Origin: a candidate division WOR-3 bacterium
GTDB taxonomy: Bacteria > Hydrothermota > Tepidihabitantia > Tepidihabitantales > JAOUPE01
Direction: 5' to 3'
DNA length: 64,000 bases
Assembly: GCA_039801565.1 (NCBI GenBank)
Contig: JBDRUX010000001.1
Span: 32,001 to 96,000 of the forward strand
Under the pieces are notes generated by a model. It made no database searches and was not told the origin of the DNA. It saw nothing but the letters and a program-made list of their open reading frames with translations. Position 1 is the first letter of the stretch. Every line of letters starts with the position of its first letter. Position numbers and translations under genes: made by a program. Below, in pieces: positions 58,037-64,000 of this stretch.

Positions 58037-59620
58037 TTGCCCGGAGCGGGAATCGAACCTTACCTTTCAGCATTATTAAAACCTGATACCTACGGCGAAA
58101 ATGTTAAAGCGGTTCGATTAATTCAAACTCATACTTCCTGGGTCTTTCTTACTGGTGATTTTGCCTATAAGATTAAAAAACCGGTCTTTTTTGGTTTTCT
58201 TGATTACACAACCTTAGAAGCAAGAAAATTTTTCTGTGAAGAGGAGTATCGGTTGAACCGACGGCTTTCGCCCGAGATCTATTTAGCGGTGCTGCCCGTA
58301 GCTAAAAAAAGTGACGGGAAAATAGTTTTAAGTGAAGATGGTGAGATTATTGACTATGCGGTTAAAATGAGAGAGTTACCCCAAGACCGATTGATGACCG
58401 AACTTCTAAAGCAAGACAATATCCCCTACTCAACAATTGATGAAATTGCCAAGATTGTTGCTAACTTTCATCAGACCGCTGAGACCGGTCATCGGATTAA
58501 TCAATTCGGCAGTATCGAGACGATTAAGTTTAACTGGGATGAGAACTTTGCCCAAACTGAAGAATTTATCAATCGAACCATTAGTCGCCGGACATTTCAC
58601 TTGATTAAACGGGCAGTATACAAATTTATGTGGGATAACCAAGACCGATTCGCGCAGCGAATTGAGACGGGTAAAATTCGTCAGTGTCATGGCGACCTCC
58701 ATTCCAAAAACATATTTTTGACCGACAAGGTTTATATCTTTGACGCCATTGAGTTCAATCAAAGATTCGCCTGTTGCGACACTGCTTCCGAGGTAGCTTT
58801 TTTTGTGATGGATTTAGATTATTACGATAAACATCATCTGGCTAATTTTTTTATTGACCGCTATCTACAATATACCAAAGATTATGATTTATTGGCGTTA
58901 TTAGATTTTTATAAATGTTATCGGGCTTATGTGCGGGGCAAGGTGACAAGTTTTAACCTTAAGGATAAAGGGATTAGCGCTGATGATAAATTAGTTGCTC
59001 AGAAGACGGCTCAAAAATATTTTCGGTTGGCAGCAAATTATGCCCAAAATCTATTCAGTTCACCAAAGTTAATTGTGATGATTGGACTGCCCGGGGTTGG
59101 CAAGACCCATTTTGCTCAAACCTTGGCTCCGAAAATAAATGCTTACCATTTGCGAACCGATATTATCCGTAAGGAGTTAAGCAATTTACCGCTTGACCAA
59201 CATCACTATACTGGTTATGGCAAAGGAATTTACACCGGTGACATCTCAGCCCGAACTTATGATGAGATGTTTAGTCGGGCACGCCGCTATCTTTCTTACG
59301 GCAAGTCCTGTATATTGGACGCCACATTTTCGATGGAGGCATCTCGCCAAGCTGCGCAAAAAATTGGACAAGAATTTAATGCTAACTTTCTAATGATTGA
59401 ATGTTATTGCCCCAAAAAAATGGTCTTAAAACGGATGCGTAAGCGGGAGCGTAGTTTCGATTTCTCGGATGCCAATCCCGAAGTATATGAAGCAATGCGC
59501 AAACATTTTGATCCAGTGGCAAGGACTAAAAATGTTATTAAGGTTAATACGGCAAAACCATTAAAACCATATATCAAAAAGATTGTTGCGAAGTTGCGGG
59601 AGGACAAAAGAAATCGGTAA
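58037..59620 (+). CDS. Aminoglycoside-phosphotransferase-like / P-loop kinase fusion
   Basis: QTHTSWVFL, AYKIKKPV, CHGDLH, FD.IEFN; GLPGVGKT, TDIIRKEL, ILDATF, SDA. Confidence 0.9.
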   Translation: MPGAGIEPYLSALLKPDTYGENVKAVRLIQTHTSWVFLTGDFAYKIKKPVFFGFLDYTTLEARKFFCEEEYRLNRRLSPEIYLAVLPVAKKSDGKIVLSEDGEIIDYAVKMRELPQDRLMTELLKQDNIPYSTIDEIAKIVANFHQTAETGHRINQFGSIETIKFNWDENFAQTEEFINRTISRRTFHLIKRAVYKFMWDNQDRFAQRIETGKIRQCHGDLHSKNIFLTDKVYIFDAIEFNQRFACCDTASEVAFFVMDLDYYDKHHLANFFIDRYLQYTKDYDLLALLDFYKCYRAYVRGKVTSFNLKDKGISADDKLVAQKTAQKYFRLAANYAQNLFSSPKLIVMIGLPGVGKTHFAQTLAPKINAYHLRTDIIRKELSNLPLDQHHYTGYGKGIYTGDISARTYDEMFSRARRYLSYGKSCILDATFSMEASRQAAQKIGQEFNANFLMIECYCPKKMVLKRMRKRERSFDFSDANPEVYEAMRKHFDPVARTKNVIKVNTAKPLKPYIKKIVAKLREDKRNR

Positions 59621-60368
59621 GGGTCATTATTTCATCTCCGATGCCCATATCAGTAATAATGATTGGCACAATACCAATTTATTGCTCTCATTTTTTGAAT
59701 CGATAAGCAACAAGGCAAAAAGTCTCTTCATTCTCGGCGACCTGTTTGAACTGTGTTTTCGTTATCGGCAGAGAATCCCCGAAACCAACCGCCAAATCTT
59801 AAAACGCTTAAAAGAATTACGAGCGACAGGTATCCCAGTATATTATCTTTTGGGTAATCACGATTATTGGGTACGCGATTTTGTGAGAAACGATGACGAG
59901 TTGAGCGAATTTTTACCAACCGAGCAGACCAACGAAAGCGATGACGGAATTTTAGCCAAAACTTTTCAAATTGCGAATTTAGATGGCAAGAAAGCTTATG
60001 TTGGACATGGCGACGAAATTGACCATTCGATTCTCACGGTATTAAGTCGCACCATCTTAAGAAGTCAATCCAATCCCTTTGTCTATTGTCTACTCCATCC
60101 CAAACTTGGTTTAGCTTATGCCCGTTGGATTGAGAGCGTGGCGCGGAATTTAGCGGATTCAATGGGTGTGGTCGGTAAATTTGAGTCCTTTGCTCAAAAG
60201 AAGATTGTACGCGAAGGCTATGATATAGTTATTTTAGGTCATACCCACAAACCAAGATTTCAAAAAATCGGGGCTGGTTATTATTTAAATACCGGCAATT
60301 GGATTGATGATTACAACTATGTTGTTATTGAAGATTCCCAACCCCGATTAGAAAAATTCAAACCTTAA
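59583..60368 (+). CDS. UDP-2,3-diacylglucosamine diphosphatase-like metallophosphoesterase
   Basis: FISDAH, LGDLF, GNHD, HGD, GHTH motifs (LpxH-like); start uncertain. Confidence 0.85.
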   Translation: MLRSCGRTKEIGKGHYFISDAHISNNDWHNTNLLLSFFESISNKAKSLFILGDLFELCFRYRQRIPETNRQILKRLKELRATGIPVYYLLGNHDYWVRDFVRNDDELSEFLPTEQTNESDDGILAKTFQIANLDGKKAYVGHGDEIDHSILTVLSRTILRSQSNPFVYCLLHPKLGLAYARWIESVARNLADSMGVVGKFESFAQKKIVREGYDIVILGHTHKPRFQKIGAGYYLNTGNWIDDYNYVVIEDSQPRLEKFKP

Positions 60369-60418
60369 AACTCCGATTTTCTTGACTCAAACAGTGTAAT
60401 TCTATAGAGTATTAAAGA

Positions 60419-63388
60419 ATGAACCAAAAATTGCTAATTATTATTTTAATAACAAATTTGAATGCGATTCAATTGGATGCGAGATTCCTTTCAAAAGCAA
60501 ATCGAGTTATTGAAAATTTTGACGATGGGCAGATTGAACTTTTATCTTATCCGGGTGAGGATATTCAACCTGATGCCTGGATTTTGGATTCGACCAATAC
60601 CTATAATAATTCACTCTATTCGCTCAAATTATACGGCAATACCTGGAAGATTGAGATGATTGATTCGATTGAACTTGATACTAATGATGTTTGGCAGGTA
60701 GCCGGATTTATTGAACAACTTGGCGAAATTCAAGGATTTGGTTTAATGGATTCGGTTAATACTTTATTTTACTCTTTTGCCGGGACCGAACAGTTAAATG
60801 TTCAAAATTGGGTTACCGTTTATCAAGGCGCTTTCCCCTTAAACACCTGGAATATTTACCAACTACCGGTGGGCGAAGATTGGCTCAACTGGTTTGGTTA
60901 TCTGCCAATAATTACCGGCATCGTCTTTATCAATGACCGTGACTCTGATACCAGTGCGGTTGCCTATTTTGATGAGATAATTGATATTACTGATGACTTA
61001 CCAATCGCACCAAAAGTTGTGATATGGGATTCGATTGGTGAAATCTTGATAAATCGTCAAGGAGTCAAGAGTGTCACTGTTCATTTTTATTCCAAGGTGA
61101 TTGACCCGGATAGTTATAGCCATCAATATTTCTGGTATTTTGGTGACGATTCGACCAGCAATGATTCCAATCCGATTCATACTTACATTATCGAAGATGA
61201 CCACGAATATACGGTATTATTAGAAGTCTGCGACAGCACTGGATTATGGGGTAGAGCGACTTGTCAGGTTAGGATTGACCCAGGACCGACCACCTTTCCG
61301 ATCACGATGAATTTTGTTGGTGATATTATGTTGGCAAGAAGATATGAACTGCCTGGTGGCATCATTGATACGCTTGGGGTAGAGGGTATTTTTGAACCAA
61401 CTTTACCATATTTGAACAGCGCCGATATCACTGTAGCCAATCTTGAGTCGCCGCTCACCAACCGAGGAACCCGCCATCCAACCAAACCGATTGTATTCCG
61501 AGGTAGGCCAAGTAATGTGGCTGGTTTGGTCTATGCTGGGATTGATATTGTCTCATTGGCAAATAACCATATCATTGATTATGGCTTAGAAGGATTGCAA
61601 CAGACCCAAAGTGTCTTGGCCGAAAATAATATTTTATATTCTGGTGCTGGAGCAAATTCTTATGAGGCATATCTACCTTTATTTAAATTAAAATCCGGGG
61701 TCAATATTGGATTTTTAGCCTATAGTGACCGGACTGGTCAATATGATAACTATCAACCCTATTTGAATGCTGGCTTTAATAAACCAGGCTTTGCCAATCT
61801 TGATACCTTTTATCTTGTCCGCAATATCAGTAATATCCGAGAAGATGCGGATTTGATTGTAGTTGAGATGCATTCGGGCAGTGAGTACTCATTAGTGCCT
61901 CAACCATTGAACCCTTTAAGTGATGAATTCTATTCCCCAACATTTTTAATCCCTTGCACCAGTGACATCCGGGTTCGACGCTTGGCAATTGATGCTGGGG
62001 CGGATTTGGTTGTCTGTCATCACCCCCATATCATCCAAGGCTTTGAAGTCTATAACGGTAAATTGATTGCTCACTCTTTAGGCAATTTCTGCTTTGACTT
62101 AGATTATCCCGAGACCTATCCTTCAATGATTCTTTCGGCTAAAATTAATGGAACCGGATTTTATGAATACTCAGTAATTCCGGTCTATATTGACGATTAT
62201 ATTCCGGTCCGTGCCCAAGGTGAATTGGGTATTCATATCCTTGACTATCTGGCAAGACGGTCAAAAGAATTAAAGACCTATTTGATTGTTGACCGGGATA
62301 GTGTTATGGCAAAGATTGTCCTTGACACCTTAACCCTAAACCCAGTTGTCAATTCTTATGACCAAGAATTACAATTGAAAGAAGAGAATGGGTATTGGGT
62401 GTCACAACCAATTAGGCTACCGCGAAATGGCAGTATCGCGAAGATTCTTGCCATTATGCCAGAAAGAGATTGGCAATTCCGTTTGGGTAGGGACTTGACT
62501 TGGTTTTGGTGCGGAAATTTTGAAGATGAAGGCTCGTCGCTTTGGTTAATTAATCAAACCGATGAGTTTTATGATACGGTTGCCTATCAAGGTCAAAGGT
62601 CATTATGCCAAAGACGGCAAGCTGGTTCAAATCCAATTGTCACAAACCTTGAAGACCGGATTATCTGTTATTCGGATTCTACTGCTTATACGCTTTATGG
62701 TAACATCAAGACCCAAAATAGCGACAGTGCTTTGATTCAAGTTCGATTTTATCGGTCAAGGACTTCGGGTTATAATGGAGCGGTTAACCTTGATACAACA
62801 ATAAATGGGACGAACAATTGGGAATTTTATTACAATGAATTTGTTCCAAATACTGAAACCCAATTCTTTGATATTATATTACAAAGCAGTGCACCGGATT
62901 CGGGTATTGGCTACACTTGGTTTGACAATGTTGGGATAATTGAATGGGAAGCTTGGCAGGAATTTGATAGCACACAGATATCAACCCCGAACGATTTTTA
63001 TTGGCTTCAAATTAGAACCGACGAAGCGATTGACAGCGCAAGAATATCCTATCAAGAAATAGATTACAACCCACAGGTTGAAATTACGGATAATAAAAAG
63101 ACTAAGATTAGCTTTAAATCGTTACAATGTTTTCCCAATCCATTTAAGAACAAGATAAAGATTAGTTGGCAGATAAAAGAATTCGGAATTCAAAATTCAA
63201 AATTCGAAATTAAAATTTATGACGCAATGGGTAGGTTAGTCTTAAGTCACAAGTTACCAGCTACGGCCAATTATTTTGTCTGGGATGGCAAAGATAGTTA
63301 CGGAAAAGAGTTAGGTCCAGGAATCTATTTCTGCCGATTCCAGGCTGGCAACTATCAGCAATCGAGAAAACTTATCTTACTCAAATAA
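60419..63388 (+). CDS. Secreted CapA-family metallophosphoesterase with PKD and FlgD/T9SS-like C-terminal domains
   Basis: WYFGDD...PIHTY (PKD); VGDIML, NLESP, LANNHIIDYG, HHPHIIQ, SLGNF; PNPF...IYDAMGR...WDGKD..GIYF. Confidence 0.9.
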   Translation: MNQKLLIIILITNLNAIQLDARFLSKANRVIENFDDGQIELLSYPGEDIQPDAWILDSTNTYNNSLYSLKLYGNTWKIEMIDSIELDTNDVWQVAGFIEQLGEIQGFGLMDSVNTLFYSFAGTEQLNVQNWVTVYQGAFPLNTWNIYQLPVGEDWLNWFGYLPIITGIVFINDRDSDTSAVAYFDEIIDITDDLPIAPKVVIWDSIGEILINRQGVKSVTVHFYSKVIDPDSYSHQYFWYFGDDSTSNDSNPIHTYIIEDDHEYTVLLEVCDSTGLWGRATCQVRIDPGPTTFPITMNFVGDIMLARRYELPGGIIDTLGVEGIFEPTLPYLNSADITVANLESPLTNRGTRHPTKPIVFRGRPSNVAGLVYAGIDIVSLANNHIIDYGLEGLQQTQSVLAENNILYSGAGANSYEAYLPLFKLKSGVNIGFLAYSDRTGQYDNYQPYLNAGFNKPGFANLDTFYLVRNISNIREDADLIVVEMHSGSEYSLVPQPLNPLSDEFYSPTFLIPCTSDIRVRRLAIDAGADLVVCHHPHIIQGFEVYNGKLIAHSLGNFCFDLDYPETYPSMILSAKINGTGFYEYSVIPVYIDDYIPVRAQGELGIHILDYLARRSKELKTYLIVDRDSVMAKIVLDTLTLNPVVNSYDQELQLKEENGYWVSQPIRLPRNGSIAKILAIMPERDWQFRLGRDLTWFWCGNFEDEGSSLWLINQTDEFYDTVAYQGQRSLCQRRQAGSNPIVTNLEDRIICYSDSTAYTLYGNIKTQNSDSALIQVRFYRSRTSGYNGAVNLDTTINGTNNWEFYYNEFVPNTETQFFDIILQSSAPDSGIGYTWFDNVGIIEWEAWQEFDSTQISTPNDFYWLQIRTDEAIDSARISYQEIDYNPQVEITDNKKTKISFKSLQCFPNPFKNKIKISWQIKEFGIQNSKFEIKIYDAMGRLVLSHKLPATANYFVWDGKDSYGKELGPGIYFCRFQAGNYQQSRKLILLK

Positions 63389-63539
63389 CCAAATTTTCTT
63401 CTTTCAGATTTTTCGATTCGAGTTGAACCCCTCTCCACTAATTACCCAATAGCAATGGGCTTTTTCCCAAAAGAAGTTTGGGTCGTTTTGTTTCTGAAAT
63501 TTTGCTAATTCTTTTATTTAAGAAATAGGGTTCATTCGT

Positions 63540-63910
63540 TAATAATCATTTAACCTATTGATTTTTCATATCTAATGTTCTCTTGACATATCATAGGGGG
63601 CTAGCCCTGGGCTACCTTATGGCTATCTCGTAGGTAGTATAGGGAGCGGTATTCGGGGTAGGTCTCGGGCTTGTCTCATGGGTAGTCTAGATATTTGGCA
63701 CAGGGAAAGTGTCGAAGGCGAGTTTGGCGGTTGATTCGGAAGGTGGTTGAGAAGTGGGTTTGTCTCTAGGCAGGTATATTGGCGGGAGGACCGGCTTGGA
63801 AGGTAGCGGATAGGTTGACTCGTAATCGGAAAGGGAATCTCTAAAAGGTAAACTGATAGGGTTGGAACGAAGCAGGTCGAAAAAAGAAGCTGGCTAGGGA
63901 GCCGCTTGTT
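63540..63910 (+). repeat. Dispersed element copy 5 (diverged G-rich array)
   Basis: AT-rich TTTAACCTATTGATTTTT spacer, then atagggggctagcc, tcgtaggtagta, tcggggtaggtc and similar units; more diverged than copies 1 and 4. Confidence 0.55.
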
Positions 63911-64000
63911 ACAAAAAGACCGATTAGTTCGAAAAGTACAGATGTCCTGAAAAGTAAGATACCAACAGAACTTTATTAGTTTATTACTTCTGTCGAAGAG

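Overview
Gene-dense, AT-rich bacterial chromosome segment from a diderm (OmpA, LpxH-like and TPR/beta-barrel proteins, secreted enzymes with FlgD/T9SS-like C-termini). It resembles candidate division WOR-3-type genomes, but that is inference only. Housekeeping content: galT-HIT-PHP, ribD-ribE operon, EF-G2, acyl-CoA dehydratase activase triad with nadE, Ktr/Trk K+ uptake, AmmeMemoRadiSam B-A fusion, NtrC-type two-component system, CstA/ArsA cluster, tRNA-Lys, methionine gamma-lyase and glgC. Most notable: (1) a secreted multi-copy precursor with five identical DGIPQPPKPVPP units that differ only at synonymous sites, encoded directly behind a 1780-aa Ser/Thr kinase-STAND ATPase-TPR-GAF-sigma54 activator, a candidate peptide-signalling system. 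(2) An unannotated ~120-nt sigma54-dependent small RNA heading the two-component operon. (3) Five co-oriented dispersed elements with G-rich arrays (12-bp period clearest in three), three of them paired with a decayed XRE-HTH gene. (4) A synthase-type exopolysaccharide operon led by a KaiC/RecA-degenerate-GGDEF protein. (5) A split, catalytically asymmetric ArsA/Get3 pair interrupted by an inverted-repeat-flanked GxxExxY cassette. All calls are by eye from motifs; no searches were run.
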